64,000 bases of DNA from an uncultured Acidobacteriaceae bacterium (GCA_963849815.1 CAWKIR010000012.1:41169-105168), one strand, 5' to 3'. Counted from the stretch's first letter, positions 48,435 to 58,401 are shown. Notes: generated from the letters alone by a model not told the origin. Translations and numbers: made by a program.

Positions 48435-50120
48435 TTACGCCAATTCCAGTTCGATGGTTTTGCTGTCGGCGTCGAGCTTGGCGATGCGGAAGCTCCGAAC
48501 CTGTCCGGCGTGAATAGCTTCCGGCTCGGCAGCGCTTGCGCCGCCTGATCCGCCCTTCCACCGCGCTTGCAGCATGGAAGTCAGAGAGGATAGATCAGCC
48601 TTGCCTTCGCTCTTGCTTTCCTCCGGGGCAGCGGTTGCCTTAAGACGGCAGGGAGCCTGGAATCCTTCGCCCAGTTCCACGCGAGCGCTTGCGGCGGACA
48701 CTTCCACCACCCGCCCAGTAACCACGTCGCCCGCCTTGTGTTCGGCGATGTACTCATCCACGCTGGTGGGGACGAGTTGCTTCATGCTCAGCCGCATCAG
48801 GCGACGTTCGCTATCGATGGCCAGCACCTGCGCCTTGATGATCTGGCCCACCTTCAAGACGTCCTGCGGATGGTTAATCCGCTTCTCGGCGCTGATCTCG
48901 CTGACGTGCACCATGCCTTCCACGCCCTCAGCCGCCTGAACGAAGGCGCCGAACTTGGTTATGCTGGTCACCGGCCCTTCGATCGCGGAGCCGACCGGAA
49001 ATTTCTGCGCCACCTCGGCCCAGGGATCTCCCAATGCCTGCTTCAGCCCAAGGGACAGCCGCTGTTCGCCAACGTTTACGCCGAGGATGACAACTTCCAC
49101 CGTTTCACCGATATTGACCAGATCGCTCGGCTTGCGCACCCTTTTGACCCACGACATCTCCGAGATATGGACCAGCCCTTCCACTCCCGGCTCCAGTTCC
49201 ACGAACGCCCCAAAATCCGCCAGCCGGCTGACCGCTCCGCGGACCCGCTCGCCGGTCTTGTACTTTTCGGCAACCGCATCCCAGGGATGCGGTTGAAGCT
49301 GCTTAAGGCCAAGGGAAATACGCTGCTTCTCGGAGTCGATCTTCAAGACCTTGGCTTCGATCTCCTGCCCGACCGAAAGAACATCAGATGGCGCGTTGAC
49401 ACGGCCCCAGGCGATGTCGGCCACATGTAGCAGGCCATCGACGCCCCCAATATCGACGAATGCTCCATAATCCGTCAGGTTGCGCACGGTACCGGTGACG
49501 ATGTCGCCTTCCTTGACCTCGGAATAGCGCAGTTCCTTCGCTGAGCGCTCCTCGTCTTCCGCTATAACACGGCGGTCGACGACCAGATCTTCCTCGGTGA
49601 CATCCAGCTTGGTAATGCGGCACCGGATCTCCTGCCCGACCAGCTTCGGCATCTCGGCAGCATCGCGCACCCCACTACGCGACGACGGCATGAAGGCACG
49701 GACCCCCACATCGACGCTGAAGCCGCCTTTTATCATCTCGGTTACAGTGCCGACGATGGTTGCCTTCTCGGCAAACGCCCGTTCCAGCCCGCTCCAGTCC
49801 TTCGGCCGCGCCACGCGAGAGCGCGTGAGCTCGTAATAGCCCTCGGGATCACGGCCCTTGACCGTAACCAGGAACTTGTCGCCCGGCTTTACGGTTTCGC
49901 CCGCGCTCTGGAATCCGGACAAGGGCAAAATACCCTCGCTTTTGTATCCGATATCGAGCAGCACGGAGTCGTCGGTGACGGCAACGACCGTGCCCTCAAG
50001 CTGTTTGCTGCCGTCCTCCGCTCGGCGGGCGTGGCTGCGCTCATACTGCGAAAGAAGGTCGCTAAAGGACTCATTCGGCTCGTTGTCGGACGGCGGATCG
50101 ATAGGGTTCTGGTCGGGCAT
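48435..50120 (-). CDS. rpsA: 30S ribosomal protein S1
   Basis: 561 aa with six S1 OB-fold repeats (..GTVV.. G.FVD.G..GLLH.S..). Confidence 0.95.
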   Translation of the reverse strand: MPDQNPIDPPSDNEPNESFSDLLSQYERSHARRAEDGSKQLEGTVVAVTDDSVLLDIGYKSEGILPLSGFQSAGETVKPGDKFLVTVKGRDPEGYYELTRSRVARPKDWSGLERAFAEKATIVGTVTEMIKGGFSVDVGVRAFMPSSRSGVRDAAEMPKLVGQEIRCRITKLDVTEEDLVVDRRVIAEDEERSAKELRYSEVKEGDIVTGTVRNLTDYGAFVDIGGVDGLLHVADIAWGRVNAPSDVLSVGQEIEAKVLKIDSEKQRISLGLKQLQPHPWDAVAEKYKTGERVRGAVSRLADFGAFVELEPGVEGLVHISEMSWVKRVRKPSDLVNIGETVEVVILGVNVGEQRLSLGLKQALGDPWAEVAQKFPVGSAIEGPVTSITKFGAFVQAAEGVEGMVHVSEISAEKRINHPQDVLKVGQIIKAQVLAIDSERRLMRLSMKQLVPTSVDEYIAEHKAGDVVTGRVVEVSAASARVELGEGFQAPCRLKATAAPEESKSEGKADLSSLTSMLQARWKGGSGGASAAEPEAIHAGQVRSFRIAKLDADSKTIELELA

Positions 50121-50624
50121 GAAAGGATTACAGCCTCGTCATAGGAAGGTGTCATAAGAATAGCATTCGCCAGTCGTTTGATTTTCTCGCAACCGGCCGA
50201 TAGCCCTCAAACACCCGGGATCGGTCCTGATCGCCCAGACATCTGGTTTCCGGCTGCTGGCGCGCCCGAGTTGCCTCCCGGGAGCCTCCACCTGGAAATC
50301 GAGCCTCCCCTTACGCTTGCCATTCCGGCTAGAGGCATCCGGCAAGCTGCTGTTTCTAATAGGATTAATCTATACCAGCACACGCTGCTCAACGTCCACC
50401 GCCCAGGCAATTCCAGTCATTCGACCGGCTATTTCTGACAGGAAAGTAGCTGCGTTCGCGACCAACGGGGGCTTTAGTGCCTGGCAGGTACTAGCACAAT
50501 AGTAAAAAAATGGCAACCCCAAAAGCTCCAATCCCCTATTGGTGGGGTTGACTCTTAGTTCTTACGGTCAATAGACTTTATACATCCTGTTAGGAGGACC
50601 AATTTAAACGATGAGAGGTGTTTA

Positions 50625-51080
50625 ATGTTACGAGTACTCAGCCCAGTTGCGGCGACATTGCTTTTCGCCACCGCGCTGAGCGCAGCACCCGGTAATAGCA
50701 CACCGGAATCGCAAAAAGGGACCCCAGGACACACTCAGGAATCCAAGTCGCCCCGGCCCAGGAAAGCTCAGCTGGGGAAGGCTTCATGGTACGGTCGCAT
50801 CTTCCAGTCTAAGAAGACTGCCAGCGGCGAACCCTACGACATGTTTCAATTTACGGCCGCCCACCGGACGTTGCCGCTCGGTTCCTGGGTCAAGGTCACA
50901 GATTTAAAGACTGATCGGTCGGTCGTCGTCCGCATCAACGATCGCGGACCCGTCGCTCCCAACCGGATCATCGACCTGTCCTACGGCGCAGCTAAAATGC
51001 TGTCCATGAGTGGCGTAGATCGTGTACGCCTCGATGTTCTTCAAACTCCCGAAATAGCGTCGAACCTCAGCCCGCAATAA
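50625..51080 (+). CDS. rlpA: Septal ring lytic transglycosylase RlpA family protein (DPBB domain)
   Basis: Signal peptide, then ASWYG..KTASGEPYD..TAAHRTLPLGSWVKV..VVVRINDRGP. Confidence 0.85.
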   Translation: MLRVLSPVAATLLFATALSAAPGNSTPESQKGTPGHTQESKSPRPRKAQLGKASWYGRIFQSKKTASGEPYDMFQFTAAHRTLPLGSWVKVTDLKTDRSVVVRINDRGPVAPNRIIDLSYGAAKMLSMSGVDRVRLDVLQTPEIASNLSPQ

Positions 51081-51131
51081 TTACGGCGTTAAGTAGTAAC
51101 TCTGGGAACCGGCTCTGCGGTAAACTGGGAG

Positions 51132-51842
51132 ATGATGCTGGAAAAAGATCGGCTCATCGTGGCGCTGGACGTTTCCAGTGCCGCCCAGGCCCGCCGGATT
51201 GTCCAAGCCATCGGCGAAGCCGCAACCACATATAAAGTCGGGAAACAGCTCTTTACGGCCGAGGGCCCGCAGTTGGTGCGGGAACTCATCTCCTCGGGTC
51301 GCAAGGTCTTTCTCGACCTCAAATATCACGACATCCCCAACACCGTTGGCGCGGCTGTCCGTTCGGCAGCGGAGCTGGGCGTCACCATGCTGACGGTCCA
51401 TGCCTCGGGCGGCAGCAAGATGCTAAAGGCCGCCGTCGAAGCGGCCGCACAATCCGCCGCCAAGCCAACCGTGCTGGCGGTCACGGTTCTGACCAGCATC
51501 TCCGACTCCGACCTCCAGGAAATCGGCATCGCCGGTACCGTGCTCCCTCAGGTCCTGCGACTGGGAACGCTTGCCCGTAAGGCGGGCTGCGGTGGTCTTG
51601 TCGCCTCGGCGCATGAGGCTCGCGAGCTGCGCCGCGAGCTTGGCCAGGGCTTCGCCATCGTCACCCCGGGCGTCCGCCCACCAGGATCCGACGTTGGAGA
51701 CCAGGCCCGCGTGGTCACCCCGCAGGCGGCGATCGCCGCCGGTGCTACCCATCTCGTTGTCGGCCGCCCCATCCTCGAATCCGCGTACCCAGCTAAAGCC
51801 GTGGCCGACATCCTGGCCGACATCGAAATGGCTGTGGCTTAA
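51132..51842 (+). CDS. pyrF: Orotidine 5'-phosphate decarboxylase
   Basis: LIVALDV.., FLDLKYHDIPNTV (DxKxxDIxxT) and ..VTPGVRP.. are typical PyrF motifs. Confidence 0.9.
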   Translation: MMLEKDRLIVALDVSSAAQARRIVQAIGEAATTYKVGKQLFTAEGPQLVRELISSGRKVFLDLKYHDIPNTVGAAVRSAAELGVTMLTVHASGGSKMLKAAVEAAAQSAAKPTVLAVTVLTSISDSDLQEIGIAGTVLPQVLRLGTLARKAGCGGLVASAHEARELRRELGQGFAIVTPGVRPPGSDVGDQARVVTPQAAIAAGATHLVVGRPILESAYPAKAVADILADIEMAVA

Positions 51843-51957
51843 GTTAATCGAATCCGCCCGTGCCGTAGCGACAAGGGCGGTTCGCGGCTCTTACTTCTTC
51901 AACGCCCAATGACGAACCACCACGTCATCGGCGACGTATCTCTAGCCAGAGGAACCG

Positions 51958-53043
51958 ATGTCCACCTTTGTCCGCTTCTCGGTCTTAGCCTTGGTGCTGG
52001 CGGCTGGCGCCTGGGTTTTCGCCCAGAACAAAGCGGCCGCCGACACGCGGGTCCAGTTGACGCTCGACGCCTCCGAGGCCGAACAGTCACTGCTGATTCT
52101 GCATAAGGAGCAGGCCCACCAGGCGGTTACGGATGCCGACTGGCGGAAGCTGTTTGCGACCGTACCCTATCAGTGGCTGAAGGCGCGCGAGGCGGCAATA
52201 CAGCGCGCCTTCACCGACGAAGACTTCAAAAAGTTTCTCCAGGCGCCCGAGACGCTGGCCCGCACTCAGGAGTGGGTGCAGACTCTAGCCGGAATGGAGC
52301 GCGCGGACATGACCGGCATCGGCACGCGCGTACTTGCATGGCTGCCACCGGGGGCCGTCATCCACGCACGGGTGTTTCCGCTGATCAAGCCGCACAACAA
52401 CAGCTTTGTATGGCGTAACGCGCATGGCGAGCCTGCGATCTTTGTCTACCTGGTAAAACAGACGCAGGCGCAGTTCGAAACTATCGTGGCGCACGAGTGC
52501 CACCATATAGGCTTGTTCGGCCTGGACGCGCAGCAGAAGAAGGTCTTTGCCGATATGCCCGAAAACGTAAAGCAGGCCGCCGAGGCGATGGGCGCTTTCG
52601 GCGAAGGGGAAGCGGTGCTGGCCGCGGCCGGTTCGACCGAACTGCGTCCGCATTGGGAGGATGATGCGCTCGCTCGTGCCCGCTGGGACAGCGATATGAT
52701 GCACTTCAATCAGGACCTGGTCACCTTGACGCAGTTTTTCGACGACGTGCTTGATGGAAAACTGAAGGGCGACGCAATCCAGGAGAAAGCCTCTACTTTC
52801 TTCGGCTATCAGGGACCATGGTACACGGTGGGCTACGAGATGGCGGCACTGGTCGAGAAGCGTTTCGGACGAGCTGTGTTCACGGACTGTCTGCTGGATC
52901 CGCGGCTGCTGCTGGTGCGCTATAACCAAGTGGCGGCCGAGGCCAACCACAATGGTGCAGCCCTGGCCCTCTGGCCCGAAAATTTGTTGCAGCGCATCTA
53001 TGTGGACCATCCGCTCCAGCCCCCCAATGAAAAAGCAGACTGA
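51958..53043 (+). CDS. Secreted putative zinc metalloprotease-like protein (HExxH; DUF5700-like from memory)
   Basis: Signal peptide MSTFVRFSVLALVLAAGAWVFAQ. HExxH motif in IVAHECHHIGLFG. Confidence 0.6.
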   Translation: MSTFVRFSVLALVLAAGAWVFAQNKAAADTRVQLTLDASEAEQSLLILHKEQAHQAVTDADWRKLFATVPYQWLKAREAAIQRAFTDEDFKKFLQAPETLARTQEWVQTLAGMERADMTGIGTRVLAWLPPGAVIHARVFPLIKPHNNSFVWRNAHGEPAIFVYLVKQTQAQFETIVAHECHHIGLFGLDAQQKKVFADMPENVKQAAEAMGAFGEGEAVLAAAGSTELRPHWEDDALARARWDSDMMHFNQDLVTLTQFFDDVLDGKLKGDAIQEKASTFFGYQGPWYTVGYEMAALVEKRFGRAVFTDCLLDPRLLLVRYNQVAAEANHNGAALALWPENLLQRIYVDHPLQPPNEKAD

Positions 53044-53581
53044 AGCATTTTCGCGGGAACTGCCAGTTACTGGCGGCCACTCAACGTCTCCTGCAACCTG
53101 AATCTCGCTGTGTCTCTGGCATAATCCGAATCTTAAGTTATGCGGCGGAATGATCGCCTCACATTAGCCGCGCCAGCGACGCAGCCCTGTAAGAACAGCC
53201 AGGCTTTTCTAGTGTGCGTGGCCACTTTGACAAGTACGTCTTCTTATTTGCGTGGAAGCTACCATGGTCTGATGTCTTCGCGCTGACCAGGAACGCTCGC
53301 CATCGAGTCACTCTCAAGTTCTCCGTCTTTATGGTTTCTCGATACAGGCAACTTGCAAAAGCTACAGTGTCGCCTTGTGGTTTCCGTGCAGCCAGCTTAA
53401 ACCATCCTGCCCATCAGCGACACATTACAGCTACCGCGAGCATGGAAACGAAATAATCGCATTTAAGGCCATTTATATGGGTAATTCGCATTGCGGCCTT
53501 TATACCACATTGTGAAACTTATCGTGGCCCATTCCATGACTGATGGTTAACTGTCGATTTCCGGTACTGGCTGCTGGTTAT

Positions 53582-53640
53582 TAATTGCTAGTCGCTAGTT
53601 GCTAATTGCGAGTTGCCAATTGCTGGTTGCTAACTGCATT
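53582..53640. repeat. Array of eight tandem heptamers (taattgc tagtcgc tagttgc taattgc gagttgc caattgc tggttgc taactgc)
   Basis: Read directly from the sequence. Re-phased, the unit is GCTAGTT-like. Confidence 0.9.
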
Positions 53641-54117
53641 TATCGGTGCCTTCGCCACAAAAATGGCATCTCCGGCACGTCAATGGTAAGGGAAACCCTG
53701 ATGAAATGAGAAACTTTTGCCCTACGCCACGAAAGCGGCTATTGAGGACTTTATTTCCCATTTGATGGACAAAACTACCCGGGATGGTCCGTTATGTCTG
53801 GTAGATCACTAAGACGTTTCACATAGTTAGCGTTTGGAGGGATGATTGCAAGAATTTATGGCATCAATGGATCATTGGACCTCGTAATGCAGTTAGGAGG
53901 TAGTACGATGACGATCTTTCGATAGTCTCCGATAGGGTTCTCCTAGCACCTCCCGGCCAGAGTACATAGCGGCCATGCCTTGAGCCGCCGTGGTCGTGCC
54001 CATCCCCAATAGCCGTTCCGAAGTGCGTGACCGCCAACGTGCGAACACGCCGCACCTCTCGACAACATTCACCGGTGAACACTGGGCCCCCTTGACAACC
54101 CTAAAAGGAGGGAATGA

Positions 54118-55422
54118 ATGTTCCATACAACTGATATTTCGGATTGCAAATCCTCGCAAGCGTGCAAAGGTCTCGCTACTGGCATGGCCCTCGCTCTGCT
54201 TGTTGCTTTAACAGCTGTCAGCGCCTTAGCCGGTCCCGTACAAACCGTGCTGTATCAGGCTTCAGCCTACGGGACGAGCGCATTTGTGGGAAATACCATT
54301 CTCGTTGGCCAAACCGGTGTAGCCAGTTTGCAGGTGCCCTGCGGCACCAACAACGATAACGAGACCGTCGATGGAAGCGGTGTTGGTCTCAATCTCTTCC
54401 CCATCGTGACTGGAGGAGCGGTAACTACCACTGCAAGCAGCTCCCCAACCATGTCCGCTCAGGCCACGGCCAGCACTGCCAATGTTAGTTTGCTCGGCGG
54501 ACTCATCACCGCCCAGGCGCTCAATGCGGTCAGCACCACGACCCTGACTAGCAGCGGATTCCAGGTCAGTGCTGCGGGCTCTACCTTTACCAACCTGCTG
54601 ATTGCCGGAATTCCATACAACAGTCCTGCGCCTAACACCAATATCAATCTGCTGGGGCTCGGCTACGTGGTGCTCAATGAACAGACCAGTACCATTAACA
54701 GCAAGCAGGGACAGTTGGTTGTGAACATGATTGACATCCACATCACGGTGGCCGGCAACCTGCTGGGGCTGGATGTGGGCACGGAGATCATCGTTTCCAA
54801 CGCCACCAGCGGTATGATTAAGGCCTTCGCTCCCGCGATAGTCACGGGCGCTTCGTTTGGGACCTCGGTCAACAGCACGCTCATCGACTCCAGTCCTACC
54901 GCGCCGGTGAACCTGCCTTGCTTTGGCACGGCCGGCCAGTTGATCACCAACTCGGTGGCCAGCGTAAACATAGCCGGCGTGCTTAGCAGCGGCACGGTCA
55001 CCGATACCGGCGAGTCGGATCTCACCAATCCGCTTTCCAAGGGTGAGATGACATCCCAGGTCGAAGGCCTCAACCTGCTGAGCGGCCTGATTACCGCCAA
55101 CGTAATCTACAGCCAGGTAAACGCAGTCGTCGATGGTTTCGGCGGAACTTTCGAAACTGGAGTAGGAACATTCGCTGGCTTGGCCGTCGCGGGTTATCCC
55201 TCGATCAACGACAGCGTGCCCTATAACACTCAGGTGTCGATTGCCGGCCTCGGGACCCTTTACCTCAGGCGCCTGATCCGCAATTATCCCTACCCGAACA
55301 GTACAGAGGTGCGGATGATTGAGTTGGTGATCAACCAAAACAACTCCTACAACCTGCCGATTGGCGCCGATATCGTTATCAGTGACGCGCAGATCACGAT
55401 GATTCCCGCCTCCTTACCATAG
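54118..55422 (+). CDS. Secreted two-module repeat protein, paralog 1 (possibly choice-of-anchor-P-like; tentative)
   Basis: Strong SD (AAAGGAGGG) upstream of ATG 54118. N-terminal hydrophobic signal/anchor. Two homologous ~190-aa halves with motifs PCGT/LPCFGT, SLLGGLITAQ/LNLLSGLITAN and LGYVVLNEQ/LGTLYLRR. Confidence 0.75.
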   Translation: MFHTTDISDCKSSQACKGLATGMALALLVALTAVSALAGPVQTVLYQASAYGTSAFVGNTILVGQTGVASLQVPCGTNNDNETVDGSGVGLNLFPIVTGGAVTTTASSSPTMSAQATASTANVSLLGGLITAQALNAVSTTTLTSSGFQVSAAGSTFTNLLIAGIPYNSPAPNTNINLLGLGYVVLNEQTSTINSKQGQLVVNMIDIHITVAGNLLGLDVGTEIIVSNATSGMIKAFAPAIVTGASFGTSVNSTLIDSSPTAPVNLPCFGTAGQLITNSVASVNIAGVLSSGTVTDTGESDLTNPLSKGEMTSQVEGLNLLSGLITANVIYSQVNAVVDGFGGTFETGVGTFAGLAVAGYPSINDSVPYNTQVSIAGLGTLYLRRLIRNYPYPNSTEVRMIELVINQNNSYNLPIGADIVISDAQITMIPASLP

Positions 55423-55629
55423 GCGAGCAGTGGTCTGCCGTAGGCGATGTGAACCGGGCGGATAAGCTGGCCTATCCGCCCGCTATGGTTCATCTGGAAG
55501 TCTCGCAACTCTCGGCCCTCAGTCATCTCCATATCGCGGCTTGTGGAGGTCCTTCTCCACTGCGGGTTTGTGGCAGGCGAGCTGAGGTGAGTCAGGGCCC
55601 CCTGAAACACTGAATCAGGAGACAATCAA

Positions 55630-56937
55630 ATGCTGTGCACAAGAGATGCCACTTCTGTGCAATCGTCGGCCCTTCGCTGGTTAGTAGGTGCCAGCATCAT
55701 ATTGGTGTTGACGATTGCATTCGCGCCCCTTAGCAGTTTTGCCCAGGGCACCTATACACAGTCGTATCTGCCGTCGGCCTATGGCACCTATGCTTTCGTG
55801 GGAAATACTGTTCTCGTTGGTCAGACCGCACCGGCGTCGCTGGCCGGGGTGTGCGGCACGGCTCAGGAGCCACTCAACTCAACCGGTACTGTCGCGGGCG
55901 TTAGTCTGCCACCACTGGTGAGTGGGGGAGCGGTCAACACAGCCGTCTCCGATGCCAGCCAGCAAGCACAGGCTTCTGCTAACAGTGCCGCCATCAGCCT
56001 GCTCGGCGGACTGATCTCAGCCCAGGAGATTACCGCGTTCAGCACTACGACCCTCGATAACAATGGAAATTTTGAAGTGAGCACGGCAGGTTCCAATTTC
56101 AACAATCTGGTGATCCTGGGGCGTCCGTATAACAGCACGGAGCCGCCCAACACGCGCATCAACCTTCCGCTACTGGGATATGTGGTGCTCAATGAGCAAA
56201 CCTCAAACGTCGGCAGCTCGAATGCGACTATGACGGTGAACATGGTGCATGTCTACGTGACAGTGGGCAATCTGCTGGGCTTGCAAGTGGGCACCCAGAT
56301 CATCGTGTCCAGTGCCACCAGCGGCATGTACAACGTGTTCGCGCCCGGCATCATCAGCGGCGACTCCTATGGAACGGAGGTGAGTGGAGGATTGCTGGCT
56401 TCGTCGCCGAGCGCGTCTGAGGTGCTGCCATGCCTCGGCACCGAGGGCATTGTGCAGACCAATACACAGGTCGGACTCAACCTGCCCAGCATTCTGACGA
56501 GTGGCACGCTAACCGATACCGTCGAGTCGAACCTGACGCCGGCGTTTTCCAGTGGGGAGAATACTTCGACGATAGAGGGCCTGAGTCTACTGAACGGTCT
56601 GGTGACAGCCAGTGTCATGCAGGCGGTGGTCGATGGATCGGTCGACCAGTACTTCGATTTCACTCTGAATGGAACCGACACCTATGTCGGCATCTCGGTA
56701 GCTGGGCATCCGGAAATTACCGACAATATACCTCTCAACACCAGCGTTAACCTTGCCGGCCTGGGAACCTTGTACCTGAAGCGGGTGATCTACGAATACT
56801 TCCCGCTGCCCAGTGTAGAGGTGCGAAGCCTGGAACTAGTAATAAACCAGACGAATATCTATGGATTGCCTATAGGGCTGGACGTAATTGTGGGAGATGC
56901 GCTGCTCACGATTCTCGCGTTCCCCCAGCTAGGTTGA
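55630..56937 (+). CDS. Secreted two-module repeat protein, paralog 2
   Basis: SD (AGGAGA) upstream of ATG 55630. Colinear with paralog 1, roughly half of positions identical by eye, with the same internal duplication. Confidence 0.75.
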   Translation: MLCTRDATSVQSSALRWLVGASIILVLTIAFAPLSSFAQGTYTQSYLPSAYGTYAFVGNTVLVGQTAPASLAGVCGTAQEPLNSTGTVAGVSLPPLVSGGAVNTAVSDASQQAQASANSAAISLLGGLISAQEITAFSTTTLDNNGNFEVSTAGSNFNNLVILGRPYNSTEPPNTRINLPLLGYVVLNEQTSNVGSSNATMTVNMVHVYVTVGNLLGLQVGTQIIVSSATSGMYNVFAPGIISGDSYGTEVSGGLLASSPSASEVLPCLGTEGIVQTNTQVGLNLPSILTSGTLTDTVESNLTPAFSSGENTSTIEGLSLLNGLVTASVMQAVVDGSVDQYFDFTLNGTDTYVGISVAGHPEITDNIPLNTSVNLAGLGTLYLKRVIYEYFPLPSVEVRSLELVINQTNIYGLPIGLDVIVGDALLTILAFPQLG

Positions 56938-56957
56938 TAACAGGCTAAAGGCAAGTC

Positions 56958-56999
56958 GTGCCCATCCTCCTCGTCGCCTTCTGGCGAGAAGGTGGGCAC
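56958..56999 (+). terminator. Stem-loop after paralog 2 (terminator-like, no U-tract)
   Basis: gtgccca..tcgcc-ttct-ggcga..tgggcac is an imperfect long hairpin 20 nt after the stop. Confidence 0.35.
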
Positions 57000-57060
57000 A
57001 AAGACTAATGGCTAGTTGGTCGCGGCTAATTGCTCGCTGTGCGGGGTTTGCAGCTAGTCA

Positions 57061-58395
57061 CTAGCCGCGCTTAATTTTCCTGATCTCTTCCAGCCTCGCC
57101 TTGATGCGCTTCTCAATTCCTTCTTCGGTAGGATGGTAGTACATGCGGTCCTTCAGATTGTCAGGCAGACATTGCATGTCAGCGACCTTCGATTCCTGAT
57201 CGTGGGCGTACTGATATCCTTCGCCGTAACCGAAAGCCTTCATCAGCCCGGTGACCGCATTTCGCAGGTGCAGCGGCACGGGGTCCTGTGCGGTGCGCTC
57301 CACATCTTCCAGCACCGCGCCATAGGCGTTGTAAACCGCATTCGACTTCGGCGCCGCGCACAGGTAGACCACCGCCTGCGCCAGTGCCAAATCGCCCTCC
57401 GGGATGCCGAGAAAGTCGAACCCATCGCGTGCCGCCAGCGTGATGCCGAGCGCATTTGGATCGGCCAACCCAATGTCCTCGACCGCCATTCGAACCAATC
57501 GCCGCGCAACGTATAGCCGGTCTTCACCGGCCTCCAACATCCGCACCAGCCAGTAGAGTGCGGCATCGGCATCGCTGTTGCGCACGCTCTTGTGTAGCGC
57601 CGAGATCAAGTTGTAATGCTCTTCACCGGCCTTGTCGTACCTCAGCACGCGCTTCTGAAGCGCGTCGGTGACAATTGCGTCGGTGATCCGGGGCGCGGCA
57701 TCTTTCGCCTGCTCGGTCGCCAATGTCGCCGCCACCTCGAGTACGTTGTAGGCGCTGCGAGCGTCGCCGCTGGAGTAGGCGGCGATCTTGCGCAACGCAG
57801 TTTCCTCGGCCTCGAGGTGCAGTTCGCCCAAACCGCGCTCCTCATCTTGCCGTGCGCGTTGCAGCAGTCCCAGAATCTGTTCTTCACTCAGCGACTTCAA
57901 CACGTACACGCGGCAGCGCGAGAGCAGAGCGGAGATGATCTCGAAGGAAGGGTTCTCGGTGGTCGCACCGATCAGCCGAATGCTGCCCTTCTCGACGTAA
58001 GGAAGAAATGCGTCCTGCTGGGCTTTGTTGAAGCGATGCACTTCATCGACAAAGACGAGCGTCCGCGTGCCGTATTGCCGCCCGCGCTCGGCGTCGGCCA
58101 TCACCTGCTTGATCTCTTTGATCCCGCTCAGCACCGCCGAAAATTCAATGAAGTCGGCCTGCGTCATCCGCGCGATGATCTTGGCCAGCGTGGTCTTGCC
58201 CACACCGGGCGGTCCCCAGAAGATCAGCGAGCCGGTGTCGTCGCGCTCGATCTGCACCCGCAGTGATTTGCCCGGCCCGAGGATGTGCTCCTGGCCGACA
58301 AACTCGTCTAGCGTGCGCGGACGCATGCGGTCGGCCAGCGGCCGCGACTTGTCAACCGCTTCGTCGGACGGCGAGTTGTTCTGGAAAAGGCTCAA
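57061..58395 (-). CDS. rarA: Replication-associated recombination protein A (AAA+ ATPase MgsA/RarA)
   Basis: Walker A GPPGVGKTT, Walker B VFVDEVHRFNK and a C-terminal MgsA helical domain (..YHPTEEGIEKRI..). Confidence 0.9.
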   Translation of the reverse strand: MSLFQNNSPSDEAVDKSRPLADRMRPRTLDEFVGQEHILGPGKSLRVQIERDDTGSLIFWGPPGVGKTTLAKIIARMTQADFIEFSAVLSGIKEIKQVMADAERGRQYGTRTLVFVDEVHRFNKAQQDAFLPYVEKGSIRLIGATTENPSFEIISALLSRCRVYVLKSLSEEQILGLLQRARQDEERGLGELHLEAEETALRKIAAYSSGDARSAYNVLEVAATLATEQAKDAAPRITDAIVTDALQKRVLRYDKAGEEHYNLISALHKSVRNSDADAALYWLVRMLEAGEDRLYVARRLVRMAVEDIGLADPNALGITLAARDGFDFLGIPEGDLALAQAVVYLCAAPKSNAVYNAYGAVLEDVERTAQDPVPLHLRNAVTGLMKAFGYGEGYQYAHDQESKVADMQCLPDNLKDRMYYHPTEEGIEKRIKARLEEIRKIKRG

Positions 58396-58401
58396 AAAAT
58401 A

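Noticed and set aside
53214-53456. 80-aa ORF in the long non-coding region upstream of the paralog pair
   Set aside because: It has no SD, an odd composition (Phe/Arg/Ser-rich) and no similarity to anything I recognise, and it lies in A/T-richer DNA where random ORFs are shorter but still expected.
54262-55338. 358-aa ORF antisense to paralog 1
   Set aside because: The sense frame has a strong SD, a signal sequence and a colinear paralog next door. The antisense frame has none of these.
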